DNA from: an uncultured Gemmatimonadales bacterium
GTDB lineage: Bacteria > Gemmatimonadota > Gemmatimonadetes > Gemmatimonadales > GWC2-71-9
NCBI GenBank assembly: GCA_963831425.1
Contig: CAWHQC010000015.1
Span: forward strand, 100,821-164,820
DNA: 64,000 nucleotides
Direction of reading: 5' to 3'
Part shown: positions 9,722 through 21,666 of the stretch, piece after piece
Position numbering within the stretch: the stretch's first letter is position 1
Layout: the number at the start of each line of letters is the position of its first letter
Made by a program: the position numbers and the translations under genes
The notes under the pieces: generated by a model
What the model was told of the DNA's origin: nothing
What the model saw: the letters and a program-made list of their open reading frames with translations, nothing else
The model's database searches: none

Positions 9722-12337
9722 CATGCACCCGCCGCGCGACCACCATCTTCCCCCTGATCCCGACGCCTACCGCCGCGCGCCCCACGCCAACGGGTCGCGT
9801 CATCGTCATCGCCCCGACGCGCGCGGCGTGCGAGACGATCGAGCTGGCGCTCGGCCTGCACCTCGACACGCTGCTCGAGCGCGAGCACGGCGAGGAGATC
9901 CGTGCGCTGGCCGGCGTCCGGCAAGGGGTTCGGGATCGTGGCCGGCACCGGCACCGGCAAGACGCTCGCCATCCGGCCGATCGCCGAAGCCATCCTGCAG
10001 GAGCCGCTCGACGTCGGCGTGGTGAACCGGGAGCGCGAGGCGACGCCCGACACGCCCAACTGGAACGTCGTCATCGTCACGACCGGGATCGCCCGGCGGT
10101 GGTTTCAGGACGATCTCATCACCGGCCGCGACACCGTCATCGTCGACGAGATCCACCAGACCTCGGCCGAGCTGGAGCTGTGCCTGGCGCTCGGCAAGCG
10201 GGCCGGCTGTCGCTTCATCTGGCTCAGCGCCACCGTGGATCCTGCCTTCTACGCGCGCTACCTCGAGAGCGCGGACGTGCTGGCCACCCAGGCCTTCGAT
10301 CCCGAGCTCAAGGCCAAGGTGCAGGTCCTGCCGCAGAAGCCGGACGAGTTCCTGAACGAGCGCTACATCCGGCACATCATCAAGGAGAAGCGCGGCGTCG
10401 CGGTGTTCCTGCCGACCCGTGCCGAGGTGGAGCGGCTGGGCGCGGAGCTGGGCGAGCAGTGGAAGCGGCTGACCACCGCCTTCTATCACGGCGGCGAGCC
10501 GATCCGGGTCATCCGTCCGTTTCTCGAGGGCGAAGTGGAGCGGCCGTTCCTCCTGGCCATGACCGCCGCGGGCCAGTCGGCGCTCAACGTGCGCGGGCTC
10601 GACACCGTGGTGATCTACGACGCGCGCTACGGCAATGTCGTGGAGCGGGGCCGGAACGTGCTGCACCGGCTCTATCTCGGCGCCAACGAGATCCTCCAGA
10701 TGGCCGGCCGGGTGCACGGGCGGGTGCCGAACGGCGAGGTCGTGATCCTGAGCGACCGCGACCTCGTCTTCGAGCAGCTCCGGCCCGACGCCGCCCGAGT
10801 TCCAGCTCGCGGGAGACGCCGAGCGGGTGGCGCATCACCTGCGCCGCGCTGGGGGTCGACGCGCGCGATCTCGATCTGCCGGTGCCGCTCGACCGCACCG
10901 CCTACCGCCGCGCGCTCGCGCTGCTCACCAGCCGCGGGCTGGTGGAGGAGGGGCGGCTCACCAGCCTACGGGCGCGAGGTCGAGGCGATGCCGGTCGAAC
11001 GCGCCTGGGGCGAGCTGCTGGTCCACGCCGATGCCGAGCTGCTCCCGATCGTGGCGGTGTGCTCCAACATCGACTCGCTCCACCGGATGACCCGGGAGGA
11101 GCGCGACCTGCACGGCGTCGTGGTGAACGGGAGCGACCACCTGACCGCCTACAATCTCTACGCCGAGGCGGTGAACCAGCACGGCTACGTGGGCGAGGTG
11201 TACGGCCTGCCCCGGCATCTGTTCGAGGACGGCCTGGCCGAGTGGGCCGAGCGGCGTGGTGTGCTGGTGAAGGCCATCGAGGACACGGCGCTGGGCACGG
11301 CCTCGGTGTACCGCTCGCTCGAGCTGCCGCTGCCGAAGCAGCTTCCCTACGCCTCGAAGGAGATCCGGAAGGCCTGGGCCGATCTGCTCGCGCGGTTCAT
11401 GCCGTTCGACCTCGTCATCGACGAGCATACCGCCGATGGCCAGGAGGCGCGGGTCTCGAAGACATCGGTGGCGGGAAGCTGGGGCGCGGTGGCCGGGAAT
11501 CTCCGCTTCTTCGCCGACCGGTTCGGCGTTCCGCGCGCCGTCGCATCGAGGGCACCACCCTGTCCTACGACCTGGTGCGGCGAGCACGCCAGGCTGGGCC
11601 CGCCGCGGGTCGTGCTCACGGGCCCGCGCAAGCAGCAGGGCCTCGCCGTCGAGCGGCGGCGCTCGCTACTTCGGGTTCGACCTCGACACCGAGGTCGAGC
11701 CGCTCCGGGGCGACGATCCCGGAGCCGCTGCGCGCCGCTGCGCGCGACGTCCTGGCGGACGCCGCTGATGGCGGGCGAGACGCCGCATCCGGACCAGGGG
11801 CGGCATCAGGCGCGCGGTCGAGGCGCTCGACGAGCTGTGGCGCCGCTCGGGCGGCGCGCTCGCCGGCGGCCGCGCCGGCGGCCGTGCGGGCGCCTCGTCC
11901 GCGCGCAGCTCGAGACGGGTCGACGAGCTGGGACGACTTCCTGCACACGCGGATCGCGCTGGACCCCGCGGCGCTGGTGGACGAGGCGACCCGCGAGCGG
12001 CTCGACGCGCTGCCCGGCGATGGTCCGCGTCCGCGGCGACGCCGTGCCGCTGGACTACGAGCTGGCCGACGGCGCAGGGCGTGGCCCGCGTCCGGCTGCG
12101 CGAGGGCCAGGCCAAGCGGCTCCGGGCGGGCGATCTGCCGCCGCTCGACCGGCCGCTCCGCTTTGCCGTCGTGCGCGGCCGGCAGCCGCCGGTCCTGGCC
12201 GATACCGTCGCCGAGCTGCAGGCCGAGCTGCGGCGCGCCCCGCAGGGACCGCGTGCACGACGACGACGACGGCGAGCACCGCGCGGCGGCCCGCGCCGCG
12301 GGGCCCCCCGGCATGCAGCCTGGCCGCCGGCCGCTGA
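9722..12337 (+). CDS. DEAH-box (HrpA/HrpB-like) superfamily 2 helicase, multiply frameshifted. True 3' end uncertain (12337-12430).
   Basis: ORF 9902..12337 carries Walker A GIVAGTGTGKT, DEIH in TVIVDEIHQTS, FIWLSATVD and LAMTAAGQSALNVRGLDTVVIYDARYG..LGANEILQMAGRVHGR. The C-terminal third switches among three frames, for example WDDFLHTRIALDPAALVDEATRERLDALPG and VARVRLREGQAKRLRAGDLPPLDRPLRFAVV. Confidence 0.6.
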
Positions 12338-12531
12338 GGGCGCTCGGGCGGCGCCGCCGGCCGTGCGGACCGGCTCGGCGGCCGTGACGCTCCTAAAGTG
12401 CACCCGGCGGCCGAGTCGCACGCCCTGAACGCCCACGCGGCTGCATGATCCCAGGTCGAATGTCCGCAGTGGCAAGCTAGCGTCACGTCCACCTTTGAAA
12501 CTCCCGGCTCCGGGTCCCGTATCCTATTAAC

Positions 12532-12988
12532 ATGCCAGACGCGCTTCCACTCGAATTCGCTGCCATCGGTCTTTTCCCCGCTCGCCAAGGCCCTGCTCGA
12601 CGGCTTCAGCGAGGGCGTCATCGTGTTCGACGTCGAGGGCCGTCTGCTGTACGCCAACCAGCAGGCCCGCGAGGCGCTCGTCGGGCATGGACCTGCCGAG
12701 CACGCGCCGGACCTGATGCCCCGGCTGGCCGCGCTCGGCGGCCGGCTCCGGCCGCTCCGGGTTGGCGCGCTCGAGCTGGGCGAGGCGATGTTCATCCCCG
12801 GCGTCGAAGGGCCCACCACGTTGGCGGCCCGGGAAAAGGAGGCTATCGTCAAGACGCTCGACGCGAACAACTGGAAGCTCGCGGAGACGGCCAAGCACCT
12901 GGGCATCAGCCGGACCACCCTCTGGCGCCGTCTCAAGGCGTACGGGCTACACCGAGACGGCCGGAGCAAATGGGCGCAATCTTCGTAG
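12532..12988 (+). CDS. Small Fis-type helix-turn-helix DNA-binding protein. One frameshift near 12575, or a GTG start at 12623.
   Basis: The C-terminus LAAREKEAIVKTLDANNWKLAETAKHLGISRTTLWRRLKAYGL is a Fis/NtrC-type HTH. The N-part LAKALLDGFSEGVIVFDVEGRLLYANQQAREAL is PAS-like. The ATG at 12532 is in a frame offset by 1 nt at a CTTTTCCCC run. Confidence 0.6.
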
Positions 12989-13084
12989 CCCTGTTGTCTG
13001 TCCGCCGCCGTCCTCCAGTCCCCTCCGCCCGACACCACCTCACCCTACTCCAGCCCCGCCGTCCACCAGCTCGTCGAGCGCGCC

Positions 13085-15195
13085 ATGGCCCGCCGCCGGA
13101 CGAGCGACTCCGCCGTCGCCGACTACCAGGCGACCATCCGCTACCGGCTCTCGGTCGGCGTGGGCCGGCGGGTCTGGTCGAAGGTGCCGGCCACCGCGGT
13201 GGAGGAGCAGGTGGCGCGGGTGCAGTGGCAGCAGCCCAACGACCTCCGGGTGGACGTCGTGGGCCGGCGGTTCCGCTCCCGCGAGGCGCGACGCTGCGAG
13301 CTCTCGAGCGTGTGGGACCGGCCCTGGTTCGTGCCGCGCGGCGTGGACGACTCGGTCCGCATCTTCAGCAACGATTTTCCCGCCACCGGCGCGCTGCATC
13401 CGCTCGCCCGCACGGGCCCGGATTGGTATCGCTACGCCCTGACCGGCGGCCTGACCGTCACCCCGGCGCGCGGCGGCGCGCTTCGGCTGATCCGGGTGCA
13501 GGTGACGCCGCGACGCACCGGCCCCGCGCTCATCGCGGGGCAGCTATGGATCGACTCGGCGAGCGCGGAGGTGGTCCGGCTGACCTTCCGCTATCTCGGC
13601 ACCGCGCTGTGGGTGCGGCCCGAGGAGGGCCCGCGCGGGCCCGACTCGGCGAAGGCCGCGCGGCTCAACTCGCTCGCCAACCGGGTCGTGAGCATCGACG
13701 CCGACCTCGAATACGGGCTGCAGGAGGGGCGGTACTGGATGCCGCTACCGGCAGGTGATCGCCGGGCGGGTGCGGCTCCCGCTGGTGAGCGACGTCGTGA
13801 TCCCGTTTCAGGCCACCACCACGTTCGACGACTACGCGATCAACGGCGGCCGGCCGATCGTCTTCGACCATGCCGCTGCCGGCGACATCGGCGGCTGAGC
13901 CGCGACTCGCTGCGCGCGCTCCGCCGGGCGCGGCGGGACTCGCTCCGGCCGCGCGCCGGGGCGAGCGCGCCGGAGACGCCCGACAGCCTCCGCTCGTGGG
14001 ACTACGCCGGCCGCTGGCGCGGGCGGCCGGTACGAGCTGCACCGGCCGTCCAACGTCGACGCTCGGACCGCTACCGCGAGTGGCCCGACTCGCTCTCGCT
14101 GGAGGCCGATCCGGCCGAGGCGCGCCGGATGCGCGAGGCGGAGGCGGAGCTCGCCCGCCTGGCCGAGGCGCTTGCCCGACTCGGTGACCGGGCAGGCGGG
14201 CGCACGGCGTTGGCCTACGAGCGGCTGTCCGACGCGCTGCGCTACGACCGGGTGCAGGGGCTCTCGTTCGGCCTGGGCTACCGGGTGCGGGTGCCCGGCG
14301 TCCGGTTCACCAACCTGTACGGCACCGTACGCTACGGTCTGAGCGACGATCGCGTGACCGGCCGCCTCACGCTTCGTGCGCGACGCGCCTGGCGGGCGGC
14401 TGCACGCTGGGCGGGTACCGCGACGTCGCCGATGTCGGATCCGTTCTCCGCCGGGCCACACGGTGGGGAATACCCTGAACGCGCTCTTCGCCGCGCACGA
14501 TGACGCCGACTACATGCCTGGCCGAGGGCGGCTCGGCCAGGTTCGAGACCTCGCTCCGCACCGGCCTCGACCTCGTCCTCGGAGCGCGCGGGTCGAGCGA
14601 GAGCAGAGCGCCGGGCGCCGGGCGAAGTCGGCGGTCAACGATTTCCTCGGCGGCGACGGACGCTTCCCGCCGAATCCGCCGGTGGACGGGGGAACGTTCG
14701 CCGGCTGCCTCGGCGCGGCTGAGCCACTCGGGCGGCGCTCCGCTGGAACCTCACGGCCGACGTACTGGGCAGTGCGGACCGGGTCGACGGGCCGGCTGTA
14801 CGGCGATCTGCGCCGGGACGTGGGCGACCAGGCCGGTGCGACGTCTCCGGCTCGAGGCAGGCGTCGCCACGAATCCGACGCTGCCGCAGTCGCAGTTCCG
14901 CCTCGGCGGGCTCGCGACGGTGCGCGGGTTCGACTACGCTCAGCGGCGGGGACAGGCGTTCTGGGCGGCGCAGCTCGACATCGCCCCGTTCGGCGGGCGG
15001 CTCCGTCCGGTGGCGTTCGTGGATGCGGGCCAGGCCGCGCGCGTGGCCGACCTGTTCTCGAGCACAGCGCTCGTCGGCGCGGGCGTGGGCCTCTCGCTCT
15101 TCGGTGGGGTACTCCGCCTCGACCTGAGCCATCCGCTCACTCCCGATACCGGAGGCAAGGTGCGGTTCGACATCGTCGTGCAGGCCATGCGGTGA
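13085..15195 (+). CDS. Large hypothetical outer-membrane protein with an Omp85/ShlB-like C-terminal barrel segment, multiply frameshifted.
   Basis: ORF 13085..14503 holds the N-part YQATIRYRLSVGVG..LIAGQLWIDSASAEVVRLTFRYLG..DADLEYGLQEGRYWMP. ORF 14500..15195 holds the C-terminus QFRLGGLATVRGFDYAQRRGQAFWAAQLDI..VAFVDAGQA..GAGVGLSLFGGVLRLDLSHPL..RFDIVVQAMR. Confidence 0.45.
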
Positions 15196-15216
15196 GGCGC
15201 GGAGTCGCGGTGGTGC

Positions 15217-15742
15217 GTGGTGAGCGCGTGGCTTGCGGTCGCGCCGGCGTGCCGAAAGGAGGCGCCGCGCGAGCCGACGGGCCCGCGGCTCGAGGCCCGC
15301 TGGTCGGGCACGGATACGGCCGGCTTCGCGGCCCCGGCGGTCGCCGAGTGGTGCGACTCGCTCGATCTGCTGGAGCTCCGGGCTGTCGCCGGCGATACCG
15401 GGCTCGCGCTCGCGGTGTACCGCAGGGACAGCATCCAGCCGGGCGAGTACCCGATCCGCCCTCCCGATGTGGCCGATACCACGCCCGCCATCGGCCGCCC
15501 TGGCCCTCCGCTGGTTCTCGCGCATGTCGGTTCGGGGGGTCCGGAGCGACAGCGGAACGCTTACCCTGCGCCGTGCCGCGGACGGCGTACTGTCGGGGAG
15601 CTTTCGCGCCCAGGCCCGCGGGGTCTCGGATGCGGGCCGGCTCACCGTGACGGGCTCGTTCGCCGGCCTTCGCGCCCGCCCCGCGCGGCGTGGATGCACG
15701 GCGCGGCCCGCGCCGCGGGACTCCGCGGCAGGTGTACATTAG
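15217..15742 (+). CDS. Hypothetical lipoprotein, one frameshift near 15500.
   Basis: VVSAWLAVAPAC (lipobox-like) and EARWSGTDTAGFAAPAVAEWCDSLDLLELRAVAGDTGLALAVYRRDSIQPGEYPI lie in ORF 15217..15882. GTLTLRRAADGVLSGSFRAQARGVSDAGRLTVTGSFAGL lies in ORF 15233..15742. Confidence 0.4.
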
Positions 15743-15748
15743 GGGGCC

Positions 15749-16964
15749 ATGGAGAGCACCTACTTCCGGCGCGGTTTCGGCCTCAAGGCGGAGATCGAAG
15801 GCCAGCTCACCGCCGACTACCACAGCTCGGTGGTCGAGGCGCTGCGCGCGCGGTCAGTACCGGCTCGACGTCGGGCCGCTGAGCGTTCCGCCTGGCGCGC
15901 GAGTTCGGCTTCTGCTACGGCGTCGACCGCGCGGTGGACTACGCCTACGAGACCCGGCTCAAGTTTCCCGACCGCCGGCTCTATCTGGTGGGTGAGATCA
16001 TCCACAACCCGCACGTGAACCAGAAGCTGCGCGACATGGGCGTGCGCTTCCTCGCACGCGGCGAGGGCGGCGAGTTCGACTTTTCCGACATCATCCCCGG
16101 TGACGTGGTCATCCTGCCGGCGTTCGGGGTGACCATGGGCGACTTCGAGCGCCTGCGGGGCATCGGCTGCGTGCTGGTGGACACCACCTGCGGCTCGGTG
16201 CTCAACGTCTGGAAGCGGGTGGAGGGCTACGCCCGGGACGGCTACACCGCGATCATCCACGGCAAGCATTACCACGAGGAGACCAAGGCCACCGCGAGCC
16301 AGGTGATGAAGTACCCCGGCGGCCGCTATCTCGTGGTGCTCGACATGGCCGAGGCGCGGATCGTGTGCGACTTCATCGAGCGGGGCGGGGACGCGGCGGC
16401 GCTGGCGGAGCGTTTCGCGCGCGGCGGTCTCGCCCGGGTTCGATTTCGAGCGGGACCTGGTGCGGGTCGGGATCGCCAACCAGACGACGATGCTCTCGGG
16501 CGAGTCGCTCGCGATCGCCGAGGAGATCCGCCGCAGCATGGAGCGCCGCTACGGCACGGCAGCGGTGGCGGACCACTTCCGCTCGTTCGACACGATCTGC
16601 TCCGCCACGCAGGAGCGGCAGGATGCGGTGGTGGCGCTGATGGAGGAGCCGCTCGACGTGATGGTGGTGGTGGGCGGTTACAACTCGAGCAACACCTGCC
16701 ATCTGGCGGCGCTGGTGCAGTCGAAGGGCGTCCGCACCTTTCATATCGAGGACGCCGAGGGCGTGGACCCGGCCACCGGCACCATCCGGCACCAGCCGAT
16801 CGGCACCCGGCACGAGGAGACGGCCGCCGGCTGGCTCGGCGACGCGCCGGATCATCGGGATCACCGCCGGCGCGTCGACGCCGAACAACAAGGTCGGCGA
16901 GACGATCGCGCGCATCTGCGCGCTGGCCGGCGTGGCGGAGGAGCTCCGCGCGCTGACCGGGTGA
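15749..16964 (+). CDS. ispH: 4-hydroxy-3-methylbut-2-enyl diphosphate reductase (long form), about 3 frameshifts as assembled.
   Basis: MESTYFRRGFGLKAEIEGQLTADYHSSVVEALRA lies in ORF 15749..16018. VDYAYETRLKFPDRRLYLVGEIIHNPHVNQKLRDMGVRFL..VDTTCGSVLNVWKRVEGYARDGYTAIIHGKHYHEETKAT lies in ORF 15934..16956. GIANQTTMLSGESLAIAEEI..FDTICSATQERQDAVVALMEEPLDVMVVVGGYNSSNTCHL lies in ORF 16460..17629. The C-terminus IIGITAGASTPNNKVGETIARICALAGV is in a further frame. Confidence 0.85.
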
Positions 16965-16975
16965 GCGTGGGCCGC

Positions 16976-17629
16976 ATGGGCTTCGCTGGACCTGAGCCAC
17001 ACCATCGAGCACGGCATGACGACCTACCCCGGCCTGCCGGGGCCCCTCATCTGCGACTTCCTGAGCCGCGAGGCCTCGCGGGCGCGCTACGCGCCCGGCG
17101 TCGAGTTCCAGATCGGCAAGATCGAGATGGTGGCCAACACCGGGACCTACGTGGACGCGCCGTTCCACCGCTATCGCCGGCGGAAGTGATATCGCACGGC
17201 TGCCGCTGGCGTCGCTTGCCCGCCTCGAGGCGATCGTGGTGCGGGCGAGCGAGGCGGGCAGAGCCATCGGCCCCGAAGCCTTCGCCGGGCGCGACGTGGC
17301 GGGCAAGGCAGTGCTGGTGCGCACCGGCTGGGACATGCATTGGGGCACCCCGGCATACCTCTCCGGCCATCCGTTCCTCACCGCTGCCGCCGCCGGGATC
17401 TCGTGAACGGGGGCGCGGCGCTCGTCGGGATCGATTCGCTCAACATCGACGACATCGGACGACGTTGCGCGTCCGGTCCACTCCACGGCTGCTCGGCGCG
17501 GAGATCCCGATCGTAGAACACCTCTGCAACATGGGTTCACTGCCGGACGAGGGGTTCCGCTTCTCGGCGGTGCCGGCCAAGGTCGCGGGGATGGGGAGCT
17601 GGCCGGTGCGAGCGTTCGCGGAGCTCTGA
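16976..17629 (+). CDS. Cyclase-family protein (arylformamidase-like), about 3 frameshifts.
   Basis: LDLSHTIEHGMTTYPGLPGPLICDFLSREASRARYAPGVEFQIGKIEMVANTGTYVDAPFHRY, then GKAVLVRTGWDMHWGTPAYLSGHPFLT, then EHLCNMGSLPDEGFRFSAVPAKVAGMGSWPVRAFAEL, spread over three frames. Confidence 0.6.
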   Translation: MGFAGPEPHHRARHDDLPRPAGAPHLRLPEPRGLAGALRARRRVPDRQDRDGGQHRDLRGRAVPPLSPAEVISHGCRWRRLPASRRSWCGRARRAEPSAPKPSPGATWRARQCWCAPAGTCIGAPRHTSPAIRSSPLPPPGSRERGRGARRDRFAQHRRHRTTLRVRSTPRLLGAEIPIVEHLCNMGSLPDEGFRFSAVPAKVAGMGSWPVRAFAEL

Positions 17630-17645
17630 ATCGGGCGACGCATTC

Positions 17646-18609
17646 GTGCCCTTCCGCCAGACCACCGTCTCCGGCTTCCCCGCCGTCGCGCTCCGCTCCG
17701 AGGAGCTCGAAGTCGTCGCCGTGCCGGCGATCGGCATGAAGCTCACCCATCTCCGCCGGCTCCGCGGGCGGGAGTGGCTCTGGCGCAGCGACCAGATCCC
17801 GCTCGCGCTCCCGCGGCCCGGCGCCTCGTACGTCGAGACGGCCGACAGCGGCGGGTGGGACGAGTGCTTCCCGACGGTGGGACCGTCGCCGATTCCGGGC
17901 GCGCCGGGAGACGCGCCGCCGTTGCCGGACCATGGCGAGCTGTGGAGCGCGGAGTGGACCAGCTCGGTCTACGAGCACGCGGAGGGCACGACGCTCGACG
18001 GGCACGGCGCAGGGGACGCGGCTCCCCTACGAGTTCCACCGGACAGTGACGCTCGAGCAGGGCACGCCGGTGGTGCGGTTGCGCTATCGGCTGCGGCACA
18101 CCGGAGGGACGCCGTTCCCCTGGATCTGGTCCGCCCACCCGCTCTTGAACGTGCAGCCCGGGACCACCCTCGACCTGGCCGGCGTGCGCCAGGTCAAGCT
18201 CGACGCGGTGCACGGCCGGGCCGACCTCAGCCGGGACGACGTGGTGAGCTGGCCCGGCGCGATCGGCGGCGACGCCGGCCGGTTCACCTTGCCGCCGGAT
18301 GGGGGTTGGGCGGTCAAGCTGTTCGGCGACCTCGGGGCGGAGGGGTCGATGGCGCTCACGGACCCGCGCGAAGGCGAGCGATTGGAGATCCGGGTGGATC
18401 CGCAAGAGGTGCCGCAGGTCGGGCTGTGGATCAACTGCGAAGGGTGGGCGCCCGCGGGCCGCCGTCCGTATTACAACCTGGCGCTCGAGCCGTGCATCGG
18501 CGCACCTGACCGGCTGGCGGACGCGGTAGCTCGATGGGGCACGGCGCAGACGCTGGCGCCCGGCGAAGAGCGCCGCTGGGCGGTGGAGGTGAGGCTTCCG
18601 GCGCCTTGA
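17646..18609 (+). CDS. Aldose 1-epimerase/galactose-mutarotase-like protein, one frameshift near 18000.
   Basis: ORF 17646..18509 holds the N-part VAVPAIGMKLTHLRRLRGREWLWRSD..ADSGGWDECFPTVGP..LPDHGELWSAEWTS. ORF 17932..18609 holds [73 protein letters not shown]. Confidence 0.55.
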
Positions 18610-19539
18610 TCTCCGCGCTGTCGCCGGGTTTCCGCTCGAGTCGCGTGTCCTCCCACGAGACCGGGTCCTCGATCGGCTCCAGATGGGTGAACACCGTGCT
18701 GTTGGGCACCGCCGCGCGCACCTCCTCCTCGATCTGCTCCAGCAGGTCGTGCCCCCGCTGCACCGACCAGTTCCCCGGCACCAGCACGTGGAAGTCGATG
18801 AACCGCCAGGCGCCCGCCTGGCGGGTCCGCAGCGCGTGGAAGCGCACGCCGCCGCGAGCGTGGCGAGCGAGGATGTCGGTGATCGCTGCGCTGCAGCTCC
18901 TCGGGGATCGCCGTGTCCAGCAGGCCCATCAGCGAGCGGCGGAGGATGCTTCACGCCGGTGCGCACGATGTTGAGCGCGACCAGGATCGCGATGATCGGA
19001 TCGAGCCGCTGCCAGCCGGTGAGCGCGACGCCGCCCAGACGCCGACGATGACGCCGAGCGAGGTCCAGACGTCGCTCATCAGGTGGTGCGCGTCGGCCTC
19101 GAGGGTGATGGACTGGTGCCGGCGCGCCGGCGCGGAAGAGCATCCGGGCGACGAGCAGGTTGATGACCGAGGCCGCGATCGAGATCCCGACGCCAAGCGC
19201 GAGCTGCTCGATCGGCTGGGGGGCGAGCAGCCGGCGGACCGAGGCGTAGAGGATGCTCGCGGCGGCGAGCATGATGAGCGCGCCCTCGAAGCCGCTGGAG
19301 AAGTACTCCGCCTTGCTGTGGCCGTAGCGGTGGTCCTCGTCCTCCGGCCGCGCCGCCGCGGTGAGCGCGATGAGCGCCACGACGGCCGCGGCCAGGTTGA
19401 CCAGCGACTCGAGCGCGTCGGACAGCAGGCCGACCGACCCGGTGACGGCGTAGGCGCCGCCCTTGAGCCCGATCGTGGCGAGCGCCGCCAGGATCGAGAT
19501 GACGGCGTAGCGGCGGAGCGAGCGGCGCTGTTCCGTCAC
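18431..19539 (-). CDS. Cation diffusion facilitator (CzcD/FieF-type) transporter, about 3 frameshifts. The 3' end is probably over-extended.
   Basis: [57 protein letters not shown] lies in ORF 17743..19539. [22 protein letters not shown] lies in ORF 18951..19196. [46 protein letters not shown] lies in ORF 18431..18847. Confidence 0.65.
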
Positions 19540-19540
19540 G

Positions 19541-20461
19541 TCAGGCAGCCGCCGGCGGCAGCATCCGCAGCACCTCGGCGATGGTCAGCGGCGCGCTGCC
19601 CTCGGCCCGGTTGTTGACCAGCAGGTAGGCCGGGATCCGGGTGCGCACCGCGGTCTCGATCAGCCGCAGCAGGTCATGGCGAAGCGGGGGCGACGGGTCC
19701 TGGATCCGGTCGTAGGGCGCGAACGCGTCCACCGCCTCGTCGTAGGTGCGGCCCGGCCGGAGCAGCGCCCGCGCGACGATGAAGGGGCCCGAGACCGCAC
19801 CCGGCAGGTCGAGCTGGTCGCCGATGGGCGGCATGCGGGTCCAGGAATTGAAGACGTGGGCCACGCCGTGCTCCCGCAGCACGGCGAAGTACATGGGGGT
19901 GAGGAACTCCTCGTTCCGGATCTCGACCGCGTACATCGCCCTCGCGCGGCAGCGCGCCGAAGAACTCGTCGAGCCGGCTCCGCGAACCGCTCGGCGGTCA
20001 TCGCCGCTGCCCCGGCCGATGGTCTGGAACTCGAAGACGAACGGCCCCGCGTGGTCGGCGAAATGCCGCTGGTACGGCTCGTACACCGCTTCCAGGAACA
20101 GGTCCGGACTCAGAAAGTCCGGGTTGACCTGGCCGGCCCGCGCCTTGTCCTGCGCCTTGCTGAACGTGTGCACCGTGAGCTGGTTCCAGACCTTGCTCAC
20201 GCAGGGGAAGCCGGCCGGCAGGTGTTCCGCGTAGGACGCGAGCACCGCGTCCGTTGGCGGCGCGTAGAAGCTGGAGTCGATGCCGACGGTACGGAAGAGG
20301 GGGAACGCCGCGTACTCCTCCAGCATCCTGGCCGAGGCGCCCCGTCCCTCGTATTCCCGATGGTAGACCAGCCCCCGCCAGCCCGGATAGTTCCACGAGG
20401 AGGCGCCGAAACGGACGTCCGCCGGCAGCCGGGCCGCGAGGGCCCGGAGCTCCTCCGTCAT
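19541..20461 (-). CDS. DUF72 family protein, two close frameshifts near 19950-20000.
   Basis: [121 protein letters not shown] (inner Met of ORF 19541..20866). The start overlaps the upstream stop (ATGA). Confidence 0.7.
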   Translation of the reverse strand: MTEELRALAARLPADVRFGASSWNYPGWRGLVYHREYEGRGASARMLEEYAAFPLFRTVGIDSSFYAPPTDAVLASYAEHLPAGFPCVSKVWNQLTVHTFSKAQDKARAGQVNPDFLSPDLFLEAVYEPYQRHFADHAGPFVFEFQTIGRGSGDDRRAVRGAGSTSSSARCRARAMYAVEIRNEEFLTPMYFAVLREHGVAHVFNSWTRMPPIGDQLDLPGAVSGPFIVARALLRPGRTYDEAVDAFAPYDRIQDPSPPLRHDLLRLIETAVRTRIPAYLLVNNRAEGSAPLTIAEVLRMLPPAAA

Positions 20462-21639
20462 CGGCGCACGATCCGGAACACCCGACCCTCCGCGCTCAGG
20501 ACGTACAGCTCGCCGGCGGCGTCCTGGCCGAAGCTCGGTACTCCGCCGCCCGGGGCCAGCGTGGGCCACTGCTGGGGCTCGGTCGCCTCGCCGTCCTGGA
20601 AGCCGGAAGCTCCGCACCCAGCCCTGGCAGTAGTCGGCGTAGAAATAATGCCCCTGCAGCGCGGGAATGGCAGCGCCCCGGTAGACGTAGCCGCCGCTGA
20701 TCGAGCAGCCCTCGGCGTGCGAGTACTCGAGCACGGGCAGGCGTGAACGGGGCCGGGTCGCACGCGGGGTCGGCATAGCAGTGGCGTCCTTCCATGACGT
20801 TCCAGCCGAAGTTGGCGCCCCGGCCCGCTCCGGCGGCGGCGCGTGGCCACGTCCACCTCCTCCCACGCGTTCTGGCCGACATCGGCGATGTAGAGGTCGC
20901 CGGTGGCCGGATCGAAGTTGAACCGCCAGGGATTGCGGAGGCCCAAGCTCCAGATCTCGCGGCCGAGCGTCGGTCCGACCCGCGAACGGATTGTCGGGAG
21001 GGATGACGTAAGGCGTGGCGCGCCGAGACGTCTATTCGCAGATATCCGCCCAGGAGGTCCGCCAGGGATTGGCCTCTCCCGCCGGGATCGCCGCCGCTGC
21101 CGCCGTCGCCCAGGCCGAGGTAGAGCATCCCGTCCGGACCGAACAGGAGACGGCCGCCGTTGTGGTTGGCGAACGGCTGTTCGGCCGTGAGGATCACCGT
21201 CTCGCTGGCCGGGTCCGCACGGTCGGGGTCGGTCCCGGATACACGAAAGGACGAGACTGTGGTGTTCCCGTCCGGATCGGTATAGTGGACGAGGAAACGC
21301 CCGTTGGTGGCGTAGGCGGGGTCGAACGCCAGATCGAGCAGTCCCTGCTCGCCCCCGGTGGAAACCCGTCCAGCGAGGTCGAGGAACGGAGTCGGGAGCA
21401 GCGCCCCTTCCTTCACGACGCGAATGGCGCCGCCCTTCTCGACGATGAACAGGCGGGGGTCGCCGGGCGGGGCGGTGAGGGCGAGCGGGAAGTTCAGGCC
21501 CGAGGCCACCTCCTCCAGGCCGACCGGCACGGCACCGTCGGGCGGGCCGAGCCCCGCGGCATCGCCCGATCCGCAGCCCGGAGCGGCGGCCGCGGCCAGC
21601 AGCCAGAGCGCGGGACTCAAGCAGTCGGATGCGGGCCAT
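20458..21639 (-). CDS. PQQ-dependent (soluble glucose/sorbosone-type) sugar dehydrogenase lipoprotein, multiply frameshifted.
   Basis: MARIR../..[16 protein letters not shown], then [76 protein letters not shown] in ORF 20496..21842. [36 protein letters not shown] lies in ORF 20458..22029. [45 protein letters not shown] lies in ORF 19541..20866. Confidence 0.7.
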   Translation of the reverse strand: MARIRLLESRALAAGRGRRSGLRIGRCRGARPARRCRAGRPGGGGLGPELPARPHRPARRPPPVHRREGRRHSRREGRGAAPDSVPRPRWTGFHRGRAGTARSGVRPRLRHQRAFPRPLYRSGREHHSLVLSCIRDRPRPCGPGQRDGDPHGRTAVRQPQRRPSPVRSGRDALPRPGRRRQRRRSRRERPIPGGPPGRISANRRLGAPRLTSSLPTIRSRVGPTLGREIWSLGLRNPWRFNFDPATGDLYIADVGQNAWEEVDVATRRRRSGPGRQLRLERHGRTPLLCRPRVRPGPVHACPCSSTRTPRAARSAAATSTGALPFPRCRGIISTPTTARAGCGASGFQDGEATEPQQWPTLAPGGGVPSFGQDAAGELYVLSAEGRVFRIVRR

Positions 21640-21666
21640 GCGGAATCCTTTCGAGGTCGAGGCACG

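Noticed and set aside
15749-16964. Programmed ribosomal frameshifting or true pseudogenisation as the explanation for broken essential genes (ispH, and likewise ctaD at 45216..47055 and fabI at 52181..53079).
   Set aside because: Each gene has multiple breaks without slippery-site patterns. The inspected sites are short homopolymer runs. Loss of ispH, ctaD and fabI together is implausible for a viable cell. Sequencing indels are more likely.
18431-18609. Convergent gene overlaps of 100-240 nt: CDF versus epimerase here, dnaE2 versus the LEA-like gene at 22061..22170, and imuB versus the coiled-coil gene at 34367..34604.
   Set aside because: These are probably artefacts of missing stop codons in GC-rich sequence and of undetected indels near the 3' ends, not genuine long overlaps.
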